In this document: positions 10,262 to 20,584 of the stretch, piece by piece
How positions within the stretch are numbered: the first letter of the stretch is position 1
How the letters are laid out: every line of letters begins with the position of its first letter
Origin: Candidatus Falkowbacteria bacterium RIFOXYC2_FULL_36_12
GTDB lineage: Bacteria; Patescibacteriota; Patescibacteriia; UBA11705
Assembly: GCA_001778235.1 (NCBI GenBank)
Contig: MFGJ01000001.1
Location: 165,605 to 229,604 of the forward strand
Length of the DNA: 64,000 bases
Direction: 5' to 3'
Notes under the pieces: generated by a model
Told to the model about the DNA's origin: nothing
The model's input: only the letters and a program-made list of their open reading frames with translations
Database searches by the model: none
Translations under genes and position numbers: made by a program

Positions 10262-10642
10262 ATGAAGAAATATTTAGTTTTAATTACAATATTAATGCTT
10301 TTTCCCCTTGGGGCGTTAAAGGCGTCGCCAATTGAAGATGGGTTGAATTTATCAGCTACAACTTCAGGCTTGGTGACTGAAGAGCAGACACAATCAGAGG
10401 CGGATTTATTGGTGGCGGAAAAGATAGGAACTATTATCAAGGTTTTTTTGTCAATTATTGGTATTATATTTTTGATGTTGATCATTTTCGGTGGTACTCT
10501 ATGGATGACTGCTGGTGGTGATCAAACTCAACTGACTAAAGGTAAGAACTATATTATTTACGCGGCGATTGGGCTGGTTATGATTGCCGGTAGTTATGCT
10601 GTAACAGATTTTGTGATAAGAGCATTTATTGATCAATTTTAG
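10262..10642 (+). CDS. TrbC/VirB2-like pilin 4
   Basis: GG.LWMTAGGD..Q..K.K core. Confidence 0.85.
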   Translation: MKKYLVLITILMLFPLGALKASPIEDGLNLSATTSGLVTEEQTQSEADLLVAEKIGTIIKVFLSIIGIIFLMLIIFGGTLWMTAGGDQTQLTKGKNYIIYAAIGLVMIAGSYAVTDFVIRAFIDQF

Positions 10643-10677
10643 ATATTATAAAAATTGTGCTAAAATGCATATTAAGT

Positions 10678-11043
10678 ATGAAGAATAAAATTTTAATTTG
10701 TTTGGTACTGTTTGGTCTGGTTGTTGGAGGTCAAGTTTTGGCTTTTGATGTGGAAAATACTGGTTTGGGAAAAACTGCGGAAACGGCAGGGTATAATCTG
10801 ACTAAATCTGATCCAATAGTGATTGCTGGTAATGTAATTCAAATATTTTTGGGACTATTAGGTTTAATTTTGATGATTATTTTGGTTTATGCTGGTTTTA
10901 TGTACATGTTGGCTGGAGACAGATCTGATCAGGTGACAAAAGCTAAAGCTTGGATTACTAATAGTATAATAGGAATTGTGATTGTGGCAGGAGCCTATGC
11001 AATTTCAACCTATGTGATTGAGGCATTAATAAGTAGTGTTTAA
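10678..11043 (+). CDS. TrbC/VirB2-like pilin 5
   Basis: YAGFMYMLAGD..DQV.KAK.WI core. Confidence 0.85.
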   Translation: MKNKILICLVLFGLVVGGQVLAFDVENTGLGKTAETAGYNLTKSDPIVIAGNVIQIFLGLLGLILMIILVYAGFMYMLAGDRSDQVTKAKAWITNSIIGIVIVAGAYAISTYVIEALISSV

Positions 11044-11045
11044 AT

Positions 11046-11426
11046 ATGAAAAAAATTGTATTGTGTTTAATGATTATTTTGGCTTTATTTGTGATGACAA
11101 CGGTTGTGGTAAATGCCAGTGCTTTTGATCAAGCAGCAGTAAATTTGACCAAAGGTGGAGATCAAGCTTATGGAGAAGGGACTGAAACTGATTTGCCGAT
11201 TTTGGTTGGGAGTATTGTAAATGTTTTTTTGGCTGTGCTTGGTATTGTGCTGACAATAATAATAATTCGTGGTGGTTTTATGTACATGTTGGCTGGTGGT
11301 GATCCAAATCAAACTCAAAAAGCTAAATCATGGATTATTAATGGTGTAATTGGGTTAATAATTATTTTGGCGGCCTATGCGATCTCATCGTTTGTGGTCA
11401 GCAGTTTGGTAGAAGCGGGCAAATAA
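11046..11426 (+). CDS. TrbC/VirB2-like pilin 6
   Basis: GGFMYMLAGGDPNQTQKAKSWI core. Confidence 0.85.
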   Translation: MKKIVLCLMIILALFVMTTVVVNASAFDQAAVNLTKGGDQAYGEGTETDLPILVGSIVNVFLAVLGIVLTIIIIRGGFMYMLAGGDPNQTQKAKSWIINGVIGLIIILAAYAISSFVVSSLVEAGK

Positions 11427-11441
11427 TTTAAGCTGAAATAT

Positions 11442-11843
11442 ATGAAAAAAATTTTAATATTTTTATTTCTGTTTGTTCTAGTGTTTCTAACATTGCAAAT
11501 AAGTCCGGTTTTAGCAGGGACCACCGAAAGAACTATTGAATCAGAGCTTGGTAAATTTGGGGATACTGGTTACGGAAGTGAAGAAGCAACTCCATTACCA
11601 TTACTTGTTGGGCGAATTATAAGTGTGGTTTTGGGGCTTTTGGGAATTGTGTTATTATTTATAATAATTCGCGGTGGATTTATGTATATGACTGCTGGCG
11701 GTGATCCAAATCAAACCCAGAAAGCTAAATCGTGGATTATAAATGGTGTGATTGGATTGGTGATTTGTTTTACTTCATATATGCTAAGTTCATATATTGT
11801 TGGGAGGCTGATGGAAGATGTGTTGCAGGTGACATTGTTGTAG
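11442..11843 (+). CDS. TrbC/VirB2-like pilin 7
   Basis: GGFMYMTAGGDPNQTQKAKSWI core. Confidence 0.85.
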   Translation: MKKILIFLFLFVLVFLTLQISPVLAGTTERTIESELGKFGDTGYGSEEATPLPLLVGRIISVVLGLLGIVLLFIIIRGGFMYMTAGGDPNQTQKAKSWIINGVIGLVICFTSYMLSSYIVGRLMEDVLQVTLL

Positions 11844-11867
11844 ATGTGAGAAGTACTGAAATTTGAT

Positions 11868-12063
11868 GATACAAATATACAAATACTACGAATATTACAA
11901 ATACTAGAGATACGAATATACAAATATTACGAATATTACAAATGCTAGAGATACGAATATACAAATACTACGAATATTACAAATGCTAGAGATACGAATA
12001 TACAAATATTACGAATATTACAAATACTAGAGATACAAAGATACAAATATTACGAATGCTAGA
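11868..12063. repeat. 41-bp tandem repeat, about 4.7 copies
   Basis: unit GATACGAATATACAAATATTACGAATATTACAAATGCTAGA with minor variants; no unique spacers. Confidence 0.9.
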
Positions 12064-12148
12064 AGTATGTATTATAGATATTACGGATTTATGAAAGTAA
12101 TGTATTTAATATATAATTGGAGATATAAAAAATAATTAAATAAAAATT

Positions 12149-12544
12149 ATGAAGACAAAAGTTATTGCAATGGTTTTATCACTCGTAGTGTGTTTATTGC
12201 TCGTTGCACCAGTAGCTTTGGCACAAATTGATATTCAAAGCAATTTGAATGCAACTGGTGAAGGTGTATATGGACCTGGGGATCAACCTTCAGATGAATT
12301 GCCAGTAATTATTGGACGAATTATCAATGTGGTGCTTGGTTTTATGGGTGTAGTCATGGTATTGATTGTAATTTATGGTGGATTTCTCTATATGACTGCT
12401 GGTGGTGAGCCAGGGAAAGCAGACAAAGCAAAAAGCTGGATTATAAACGGTATTATTGGTTTGATTATCATGCTGTCTGCCTATGGAATCACCAGTTTTG
12501 TTATCACTCGGTTAACAGCTGCCACAGGAACAACTGCAAATTAA
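12149..12544 (+). CDS. TrbC/VirB2-like pilin 8
   Basis: YGGFLYMTAGGE..KA.KAKSWI core. Confidence 0.85.
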   Translation: MKTKVIAMVLSLVVCLLLVAPVALAQIDIQSNLNATGEGVYGPGDQPSDELPVIIGRIINVVLGFMGVVMVLIVIYGGFLYMTAGGEPGKADKAKSWIINGIIGLIIMLSAYGITSFVITRLTAATGTTAN

Positions 12545-12558
12545 AAAATAAGAAATAT

Positions 12559-12584
12559 AGCCCCCGAAAGGGGGTTTTTTGTTT
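12559..12584 (+). terminator. rho-independent terminator of the pilin array
   Basis: AGCCCCC-GAAA-GGGGGTT followed by a T-run. Confidence 0.85.
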
Positions 12585-12689
12585 AAAGGTAAAGTCGTTG
12601 GAAGTAGTGGTCACTAGTGTAATTTAAATGTAAGTTGTTGTTTTGCTATGGCAAATTTTTTTGAGAATACGGGATTGATTACGAGTAGA

Positions 12690-13075
12690 ATCCCCCCAGA
12701 CCTGCTTTCATTAAGATTACGGCAGGCAAGCCCCGAGGTTGATCATGTTCGTGGGGTTTAAAGTTAGTGATTGATTTTGCTAAAGCAAGTTTTTTTGACA
12801 CCCTGCCTGAAAGCATAGCCTGTCTCGACTTCACGGTGAAGACGGGCAAGATGCGTTAAATGTTATTGTTGTTTATATATTTAAATTTGTCACTCTGAAC
12901 TTGTTTCAGAGTATAAAGGGATAGCTTGATTATACCCTGAAATAAATTCAGGGTGACAAGTGAGCGTATTGGTAGCGCGCATTGCGCCCCAGACCTGACT
13001 TCATCAAGATTACGGCAGGCAAGACCCGATGATGTTTATGTTCGATGCTTTAAATATATTGGCTTGGTGGTGGTG
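12690..13075. repeat. mosaic of REP-like palindromes and mini-hairpin elements
   Basis: blocks shared with 15721-15940, 28716-29070 and 48050-48555. Confidence 0.8.
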
Positions 13076-13121
13076 TTTGCGGTAAAAAGCCTTAGTCATA
13101 ATAACTGGTGATTTTTATTGA

Positions 13122-13165
13122 AAAAGCTCTTCGCCAAGCATGGGTGCGAAGAGCCTTTTTTATTT
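13122..13165 (-). terminator. bidirectional terminator after PGI/PMI
   Basis: A-run GCTCTTCGC...GCGAAGAGC T-run. Confidence 0.7.
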
Positions 13166-13182
13166 TGACGGGCAATGCCCGA

Positions 13183-14208
13183 TTATTGATTTAGCAGAGC
13201 TTTGAATTGTTCAACCATTTCTACTGGCGCAGGATCTACTCCATATTCCAAAGCTAAATAATATGATGTCCAAAGACCAATAAGCAGTGATGAAAATAAT
13301 TTTGAAAAGGCTGACTGTCCTGACATTGGTATTATTTCAACCTCAAGTTTATTTTCCATTAATTTTTGAAATACTTTTATTCTTTGATTGATTTTTTCAT
13401 TATCATCAGGGTCTTGGAAAATTAGAATTTTGTAATTGGTAAGAGGATTGGTATAGCCAACCATTTCATTGTGATTTAATTCAGGAAAAACATTCCAGAA
13501 ACAGGGGATTTTTGAATTTTCATTGAAATTTATTTTTATTACCATAGCAAGATATTTCCAGTGGTCAGAAGTATAAATGATTGGAGTTTTGTCTCGTAAT
13601 GATTTGGCTAGAGTCTGTGCTTGATGTTTGAATTTAGGTGTGTCTGAAAGTAAGGAATCAATTTCTGGTTTGAGCTCTGGCAGATTGAATTGTAATAAAT
13701 CAGAAAGTGTCAGAATTTTTAATAAACTGCCAACAAAGTAACCGTAGCCCATTCGTGGTTCAATAACATCGTTTGGAATTTTTACAAATGGAATATGATT
13801 GTCAAGCGCGAGTTTTTCAATTTTGCCACCGGTTGCAAGTACGATTAAATTGGTGAAGCCGGTTTTAATTGCTTGCCCCAAGGCTGAAAGAGTTTCTTCA
13901 GTATTGCCAGAATAGGAAATAAAAATACCGCCACTTTTTGCATCAAAATTTTTCGGTAAAGTGTATGTGCGGTTAATGTGAATCGGTATATTGAATTGTA
14001 GGTCGGAATTGGCTAAGAAAGTTTTTAAAATATTGGCAGGAAGAGCAGAACCACCCATACCAGAAATAAAAATTTTATCTGGTGTGGAAGAAAATTTGGT
14101 CGATGTAAAGTCCCAAGCTTGTAAAAGCTGTTCAGGTAATTTTTCAATTACTGAATAAAGGTTTGATTGATCAAATTTATTTATCAATTCTTCCATAGAT
14201 AACCTCAA
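13183..14208 (-). CDS. bifunctional phosphoglucose/phosphomannose isomerase
   Basis: SIS motifs GMGGS, SYSGNTEET, ATGG, PR, NENSK, PELNHNEMVG. Confidence 0.9.
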   Translation of the reverse strand: MRLSMEELINKFDQSNLYSVIEKLPEQLLQAWDFTSTKFSSTPDKIFISGMGGSALPANILKTFLANSDLQFNIPIHINRTYTLPKNFDAKSGGIFISYSGNTEETLSALGQAIKTGFTNLIVLATGGKIEKLALDNHIPFVKIPNDVIEPRMGYGYFVGSLLKILTLSDLLQFNLPELKPEIDSLLSDTPKFKHQAQTLAKSLRDKTPIIYTSDHWKYLAMVIKINFNENSKIPCFWNVFPELNHNEMVGYTNPLTNYKILIFQDPDDNEKINQRIKVFQKLMENKLEVEIIPMSGQSAFSKLFSSLLIGLWTSYYLALEYGVDPAPVEMVEQFKALLNQ

Positions 14209-14542
14209 TATTTTTTAAGATAAATTAACTTTAACAAAAGAAAAATTTTTTGGCAATAAAATTTATGCACAGAAAGTTTGTAGGAAATTTAAGTGATGGC
14301 TAAACTTGTGACTACACAGGCTAACGGTCAAGGTTGCTCGAGAAATCAGATGGGTTATAAAGGTCTGAAAATGATTAAGCGGTACGGGAATAGTATCTTT
14401 TTGGAAGAAGTTTTCAGTATATTAATGGATCGTTGGAGTTTTGAAAAAGGATAATTTTTTTATCCGCAATGATTGACAGAATATTGGTTTTGGTGTTAAA
14501 TGGATTAATTGTAGGTTCTTTTCACAAGCGGGGAGGGAAACA

Positions 14543-15148
14543 ATGGATAAACAAAGAGTTCAGAAACAGTATGAGATTGTAGCCCAGGTAATGCGGGTTT
14601 TTCGTCCTGGAACTTTTCTTGAAGTAGAATATAAGGTGTTTACACTTGATGAGGTTGGTAAGTCAGATGAGAAAGAAAAATTAGAGATTTTGCATTCAGC
14701 TGGATTTTGGACCAGTATTGATAATGACGCTTTGGTGGCGGAAATTGAATCTGCTCACTTGGAATTTGTTGGGGATACAATGCTCTTATCTATAAGGATT
14801 AAATTTTTTAGGGGTAATGTTTTTATTGATGATTCAAATCAAGAGTTTATGACAAGGGTGTCTCTGCAGTTTAGTAAGAATTATATTGGAAGAAATGATT
14901 TGGGATTGTTGGTTGAACAGAGGCAGGCTAACCTGGAGACTATTGATGATGAGTTGTCAGATGCTGATGATTTACTTAAAAGATTTTCCAGCGGAAATTA
15001 TATTTATGAAAGTAATGGCGGTTATATTTGTTTGTTGGGAAAAGATGTTTTGGTGTTTATTATGGAAGAGATGCAGATAGTAAAAAGGAATATAAAGACC
15101 CTAGAGCTGGCGGTGCAAGCGATGCAGACACAGTTGAGTAGAAAATGA
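14543..15148 (+). CDS. hypothetical protein
   Basis: 201 aa; GGGAGG SD; TTGACA promoter upstream. Confidence 0.6.
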   Translation: MDKQRVQKQYEIVAQVMRVFRPGTFLEVEYKVFTLDEVGKSDEKEKLEILHSAGFWTSIDNDALVAEIESAHLEFVGDTMLLSIRIKFFRGNVFIDDSNQEFMTRVSLQFSKNYIGRNDLGLLVEQRQANLETIDDELSDADDLLKRFSSGNYIYESNGGYICLLGKDVLVFIMEEMQIVKRNIKTLELAVQAMQTQLSRK

Positions 15149-15603
15149 GTAAAACCAGAGATAATGTGATTAGAAGGGCTAACAAGGTCTTTGAAACAGG
15201 AAAAGCAATTTTTGCTCATTATGATTGTTTTAATTGTGAGATAGAGATTTTAAAAAGTATAAGTTTTTGTACTAGAGATGATGAAGTTTTGTCTGTAATT
15301 AAAGGGTTTAGACCTGTCCCGGGCAGTAAAGATGAAACAGATATTAAAATTGAAGTTAGTTTGGAAATACTTCATCTGGGTAACGGCATTGTCTATGCGG
15401 GTAAATTGGTGCTTGATAATCTTTCTGTTTGGGAATTGGGTGAATGCAGTGATGATTTTATTCTTGGTCGGTATGTTATTGGAGATGATAGTAATTGGAT
15501 TAGAACTTTAACTTCGCAGGAAGTGGAGAGGCTAGTAGCTAATTTAGATGAAGCAGACAGTATATCCAAAAGAATTTTACAAATTATTACGATGGAACCT
15601 TGA
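15145..15603 (+). CDS. hypothetical protein
   Basis: ATGA overlap with the previous gene; weak N-terminal resemblance to it. Confidence 0.6.
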   Translation: MSKTRDNVIRRANKVFETGKAIFAHYDCFNCEIEILKSISFCTRDDEVLSVIKGFRPVPGSKDETDIKIEVSLEILHLGNGIVYAGKLVLDNLSVWELGECSDDFILGRYVIGDDSNWIRTLTSQEVERLVANLDEADSISKRILQIITMEP

Positions 15604-15720
15604 AAAAATATTCAGGGTTTTTTGTTAATTTTAAAAATTTACTGGGGTTTTAATTGCATGTTTTTATTAAGTTTTAATTTGTTCACGGCAAAAAGTCTAC
15701 GGTTCCGCGGTGTGGGTCCT

Positions 15721-15940
15721 TTTTGACACCCTGCCTGAAAGCCTTAGCCTGTCTCGACTTCACGATGAAGACGGGCAAGATGCGTTAGATGTTATTGTTG
15801 TTTATGTATTTAAATTTGTCACTCTGAACTTGTTTCAGAGTATAAAGAGATAGTTTGATTATTTTTGTTATATCCTGAAACAAGTTCAGGATGACAAAAT
15901 AAAATTTTTAGACTCCGAGGTTGATCATGTTCGTGGGATT
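15721..15940. repeat. duplicate of the 12793-12925 block plus TCCTGAAACAAGTTCAGGATGACA REP
   Basis: about 130 bp near-identical to 12793-12925. Confidence 0.85.
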
Positions 15941-16258
15941 TAATATAAAAGTAAATGCTTAATACAATGGAAAATGAATTGCAGGTGATTAAATTATTTA
16001 AAGATGGAGTCCTTATGGCCTGTAAAATAGAAACCATCAGTTGTTATTCAGTCGTAAGCTGGCTTAGTTGCTGGTTTAAATCAAGATGGATTATGCGTTC
16101 AGACAAGGTAGAGTTATTGGGTTGACAGTTTGCTTGAAAAAAGAGGATTATTTTGGTATGATTTGATTGCGGAAATACAAAGTATTTTCGTAGATTTTTA
16201 TTATTTATATGTACAATTTTTAGGAGGGAGATTTGTAGGCATTTTAATTTTGAAAAAT

Positions 16259-16975
16259 ATGTCAGGACACTCAAAATGGGCAAATATTCAAGTAAGAAAA
16301 GGAACCCAAGATAAAAAACGGGCAAATTTGTTTTCTAAATTAACTAGAAATATTATTCTAGCAGCTCGAGGTGGGAGTGATTTAGATACAAATTTCAAGT
16401 TACGATTGGCAGTTGAAAAAGCTAAAGAATCTAATGTGCCGAAAGATAATATTGAGCGAGCGATTGCAAAAGGATCTGGTGAGTCAGGTGCGGATCAAAT
16501 CGAAGAAATAATTTATGAAGGTCATGGACCAAATGGGGTAGCGATATTAATTGAGGTTGTAACGGATAATCGCAATAGAACTTCTTCGGAAGTAAAGCAT
16601 ATTTTATCCAAGTATGGCGGAGCTTTGGCTGGGCCAAATTCAGTTAAATGGATGTTTGAACATAAAGGTGTTTTACGCATAAATGAAAATCAATATTCTG
16701 AAAAAGATGAATTTCAATTGGAATTAATTGATTTTGGGGCTGATGATGTAATTGAAGAAGATGGTGGATTGACGGTAATGGCAAAATTTGAGACTTTTCC
16801 CAGATTAAAATTGGCGTTGGAAAAAAAAGGAATAAATTTAGAATATGCTAGTCTTGACTGGGTGGCTAAAGAAACCATTGATGTAAAAGATGATGTTAAG
16901 GAAAGGCTTGATAAGTTATTTGAGGCGCTTGAAGACGATGATGATGTGGCTAATTATTATAGTAATGCCCGATAA
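16259..16975 (+). CDS. yebC: YebC/PmpR family protein
   Basis: MSGHSKWANI, YEG.GP.GVA, TDNRNRT motifs. Confidence 0.95.
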   Translation: MSGHSKWANIQVRKGTQDKKRANLFSKLTRNIILAARGGSDLDTNFKLRLAVEKAKESNVPKDNIERAIAKGSGESGADQIEEIIYEGHGPNGVAILIEVVTDNRNRTSSEVKHILSKYGGALAGPNSVKWMFEHKGVLRINENQYSEKDEFQLELIDFGADDVIEEDGGLTVMAKFETFPRLKLALEKKGINLEYASLDWVAKETIDVKDDVKERLDKLFEALEDDDDVANYYSNAR

Positions 16976-17035
16976 AAATAATTAAGTTTGAGTGATCGGT
17001 CAATAGTTGGTATTAAAAGAGCAAAAATATTTATT

Positions 17036-17539
17036 ATGAAAAATGAATTGATAGTATTAGGGATTGATCCAGGGTTTGCTTTGACCGGTTATGGGGTAAT
17101 AAAGGCTAGTTCACAGAAAATTGAAGCAATTGATTTTGGTTGTTTTGAAACAAAAGTGGGTGAAGATTTTTCAGATAGATTATTATATTTGAGCAAAGAA
17201 TTGAAGAAAATCATTATAAAATATAAACCGGATATTGTTGGTGTGGAGGAATTGTTTTTCAATAAAAATGTAAAAACCGCTTTGAAGGTAGCGCATGCGC
17301 GCGGTGTAGTCTTACTGGTGTGTGGTCAGTTTGGAATTCCAGCATTTGAATTTACTCCGACACAGGTCAAACAAGCGATTTCTTGTTATGGTCGAGCTGA
17401 TAAAAAACAAGTACAACAAATGATAAAAATTTTGTTAAATTTAAAAAAAACACCAAAGCCTGATGATGTAGCCGATGCTTTGGCGGTTGCTGTTTGCGCA
17501 GCAAATTCTTATAAAATAAAATCGGTTTATGAAAAATAA
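17036..17539 (+). CDS. ruvC: Holliday junction resolvase RuvC
   Basis: LGIDPG...TGYG, EELFF.KN, DD.ADALAVA motifs. Confidence 0.95.
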   Translation: MKNELIVLGIDPGFALTGYGVIKASSQKIEAIDFGCFETKVGEDFSDRLLYLSKELKKIIIKYKPDIVGVEELFFNKNVKTALKVAHARGVVLLVCGQFGIPAFEFTPTQVKQAISCYGRADKKQVQQMIKILLNLKKTPKPDDVADALAVAVCAANSYKIKSVYEK

Positions 17540-19082
17540 AATTTTAGTTTTAACTGTGGTTATTCTGGGCTTGATGTTGAATTTTTCAGCGATTATGGCA
17601 CAGGAATTGCCAGCTTCAGATGATGTTTTGTTTAGCAATGAACTTCAAGCAATAGCTGGTAGTGATAGAAATGTGGTTGTTGGCAGACAGGTGTTATTTA
17701 GTGGCAATGCTTCTGTCCAGCCAGCAGGAAAGAATGTTAAATATTTATGGGATTTTGGCGATGGAATAAAAATTGAAGGGGTTGATGTAACACATGTTTA
17801 TACACGGTCAGGAGTTTATCGAACAGTTTTGACAATCAGCTATGATGACCAAGTTGCTTCAGATGAAATAATTGTTTCGGTTGATAAAGATATTGTGTTA
17901 TTAATCACAGATTCATTTGTGAAAGAAGATGTGAGGGATCGGTTGCAAGAAAAAGCCAGTACGCAGGGAATTCTTTTGGTAGATTTGCATGTTGATGATA
18001 GTTCGGTTGATTATTTGACGGTGAATGATTTGATGCAGAAAATTATTGATAACAAGGAAGATATAAAACAAGCAACAAATGTAATTTTGTTGACTCATAA
18101 CAATATTGGTCTTGATGCCTTGATTAGTGCCAGTCAGGAATTGTCAAAAACAACTAATTTGAATACTCTGGGTTTTAAAAATAAAAATTTAGTTGTATTG
18201 ACTGATGAAAGTTTGAATGTTACTGCGAAAATAGCCCAAAATGTTTATGGTTTGTTGACTCCGCAATCATTGCTGGTAGCCAAAGCTGAAGCTCTGGAAT
18301 TGGTGATAGGAAGACTGCAAATAAACCAAGTGGTTGAAGATTTGAAAAATAGTGAAATTGAGTATCAATTGTTAGGAGTACACACTCAAAGGCCTTTGAC
18401 TAATTTACGGGTTTGGAATGTATTCTCCTATATGGTAAGTTTTATGGTCAATAACGGTGTTTCACTAAATACGATTTATTTAATATTAATTTTGCCAGTG
18501 ATTGCGACATTGATTGCTTTTTCGCGCCAAATAATTGGTGTTAAATCTTTTGGTTTGTATGCGCCAACTTTGGTAGCTATGTCATTTCTGGTGACTGGAA
18601 TTAAATATGGCATTGCTTTTTTTGTGGTGGTGTTGTTGGTGGGAACACTTGGAAGATTGGTAGCGAGAAAGATTCGTTTGATGTACTTGCCGAGAATGGC
18701 GATTGTATTGTCGATTGTAAGTTTATCAATTTTTGTTTTGTTTTTTGTCGGATCTTTGATGGAGAAAACTGATTTGATTGCGATTTCTATTTTCCCCATA
18801 TTAATCATGGTGATTATTACGGAGAAATTTATTTCTTCCCAGATTGAACTTGGTAGTTTGACGGCTTTTAAGTTGGTATTAGAAACTTTGGTGTTGTCAA
18901 TTGTTAGTTATTTATTGGCTAATTGGCAACCGCTTAGATCATTAATTTTAGGTTATCCTGAATTTATTTTTGTTACATTCCTCCTAAATTATTTAATCGG
19001 TAAATGGAATGGATTGAGGTTGCTAGAATTATATCGTTTTAGAAAGGTAATAAAAAATGTTGAGATTTCTGAAAAAAAGTAA
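17529..19082 (+). CDS. PKD domain plus 7TM domain (inactive transglutaminase-associated type) membrane protein
   Basis: signal peptide; YLWDFGDG..HVY...G.Y PKD motif; C-terminal LP...LIAFSRQIIG.KSFG.Y.P and G.W.GLRL.E.YRF. Confidence 0.75.
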   Translation: MKNKILVLTVVILGLMLNFSAIMAQELPASDDVLFSNELQAIAGSDRNVVVGRQVLFSGNASVQPAGKNVKYLWDFGDGIKIEGVDVTHVYTRSGVYRTVLTISYDDQVASDEIIVSVDKDIVLLITDSFVKEDVRDRLQEKASTQGILLVDLHVDDSSVDYLTVNDLMQKIIDNKEDIKQATNVILLTHNNIGLDALISASQELSKTTNLNTLGFKNKNLVVLTDESLNVTAKIAQNVYGLLTPQSLLVAKAEALELVIGRLQINQVVEDLKNSEIEYQLLGVHTQRPLTNLRVWNVFSYMVSFMVNNGVSLNTIYLILILPVIATLIAFSRQIIGVKSFGLYAPTLVAMSFLVTGIKYGIAFFVVVLLVGTLGRLVARKIRLMYLPRMAIVLSIVSLSIFVLFFVGSLMEKTDLIAISIFPILIMVIITEKFISSQIELGSLTAFKLVLETLVLSIVSYLLANWQPLRSLILGYPEFIFVTFLLNYLIGKWNGLRLLELYRFRKVIKNVEISEKK

Positions 19083-20454
19083 GGGAGTTTTGGGCATGAA
19101 TGCTCGGAACTTGGATTTTATTCGTCCAGGCGGGTCAAAGGCTGCTCGAAGGTTGGTTGATAACAAACTTCGGACAAAAAGAATGTTGAAAAAAAATGGA
19201 TTGCCAATAGCAAAATTGATTGCAGCTATAAAAACACGCGATGAATATGATAAATTTGATTGGGGTAGTCTACCTGATAGTTTTGTGTTAAAACCAAATC
19301 AGGGACTTGGTGGTGAAGGTATAATGGTGACATTTGGAAGAAAGAAAAATGGAGGTTGGGTATTGCCACTTGATAGAGATGCTGAATTACCTGATATTAT
19401 GCTCCGGGTCAGTAATATTCTTGATGGAGATTATTCAATGACATCAACACCTGACGCAGCATTTTTTGAAGAGAGAATAAAAATTCATCCGACTTTTAAG
19501 CTTTATTCATATAAAGGTGTGCCTGATATTAGAATAATTGTTTATAATAAAGTACCGGTAATGGCGATGCTCCGATTGCCGACCAAATATTCCAATGGAA
19601 AGGCAAATTTGCATGCTGGCGGTATTGGTGTGGGTATTGATATTGAAACTGGGATTACCACTCAAGCAATATTTAGAGGTAAGCTAATTGAATTTCTGCC
19701 TGATAGAAAATTTCCGATTCGAGGTATAAAAATTCCTTATTGGAATCAGATGCTAGATATCGCAGTAGAGTCTCAAATTGCTTGTGGTTTGAATTATGTT
19801 GGAGTTGATATTGCCATAGATCGTGAAAGAGGTCCAATAATTTTGGAGTTAAATGCCAGACCTGGATTGGAAATTCAGGTAGCAAATTTGGCGCCACTGA
19901 AAGATAGGCTGATTCGAGTAAAAGGGTTGAAGATAAAAACTGTTAAGAAGGGAATAAAGATGGCTAAGGAGTTGTTTGGTGGTGAAGTTGAACAGGAAAT
20001 TGAGGAGATTTCAGGAAAGCAGGTTGTTGGTTTGATTGAGACGGTGAAATTGCAAGGGAAAAATAATGAAGTGATTGAGCTAAAAGCCAAAATTGATACA
20101 GGAGCTGGTGTTACTTCAATTGATGAGGATTTGGCTATTGCCCTTGGGTTTGAAAGTGCGTTGGAATATTGTAAATCATTTAATTTGCCTGATGTGATGA
20201 CTCGGGAACAGGTAGCAGAACTTAGTAGTAAAAAACTTTGGAAGGATTTTGAAAAGCACCCGGACATTATTTCAGTAATAAAAACATTTAGTTCACATGG
20301 GGCATCATATCGAATGGGGGTGCCGATTAAATTAACTTTGTCTGGGGTAAAATTTACTTCTACGGTCTCTGTAATCAGCCGAAAAGGTATGCAGTACCCG
20401 ATAATTATTGGTAGAAGGGATTTGAAAAAATTTTTAGTTGATCCGAGTAAGTGA
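19057..20454 (+). CDS. alpha-L-glutamate ligase-like ATP-grasp fused to a retropepsin-like (RimB-type) protease
   Basis: LGMNARN, VD.KL.TK, FVLKP..G.GG.GI, GVPDIRII, GKANLH.GG, LELNARPGL.IQ; C-terminal KIDTGA and IIGR. Confidence 0.85.
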   Translation: MLRFLKKSKGVLGMNARNLDFIRPGGSKAARRLVDNKLRTKRMLKKNGLPIAKLIAAIKTRDEYDKFDWGSLPDSFVLKPNQGLGGEGIMVTFGRKKNGGWVLPLDRDAELPDIMLRVSNILDGDYSMTSTPDAAFFEERIKIHPTFKLYSYKGVPDIRIIVYNKVPVMAMLRLPTKYSNGKANLHAGGIGVGIDIETGITTQAIFRGKLIEFLPDRKFPIRGIKIPYWNQMLDIAVESQIACGLNYVGVDIAIDRERGPIILELNARPGLEIQVANLAPLKDRLIRVKGLKIKTVKKGIKMAKELFGGEVEQEIEEISGKQVVGLIETVKLQGKNNEVIELKAKIDTGAGVTSIDEDLAIALGFESALEYCKSFNLPDVMTREQVAELSSKKLWKDFEKHPDIISVIKTFSSHGASYRMGVPIKLTLSGVKFTSTVSVISRKGMQYPIIIGRRDLKKFLVDPSK

Positions 20455-20584
20455 GGGGGAATGAGTTGGAAAGATGGTGAAATGTTGAAATATTGGGTAA
20501 ATAAGGTTGAAAAAATAGTTGGAAATAATGAAATAGTGAAATAAAGTTGAAAATAGATTGAAAATAAGTTGTAAATATAGGATT

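Noticed and set aside
11711-11964. two minus-strand MYIRISS ORFs
   Set aside because: Products of the 41-bp tandem repeat.
11868-12063. possible CRISPR array
   Set aside because: Contiguous 41-bp units with no unique spacers and no cas genes nearby.
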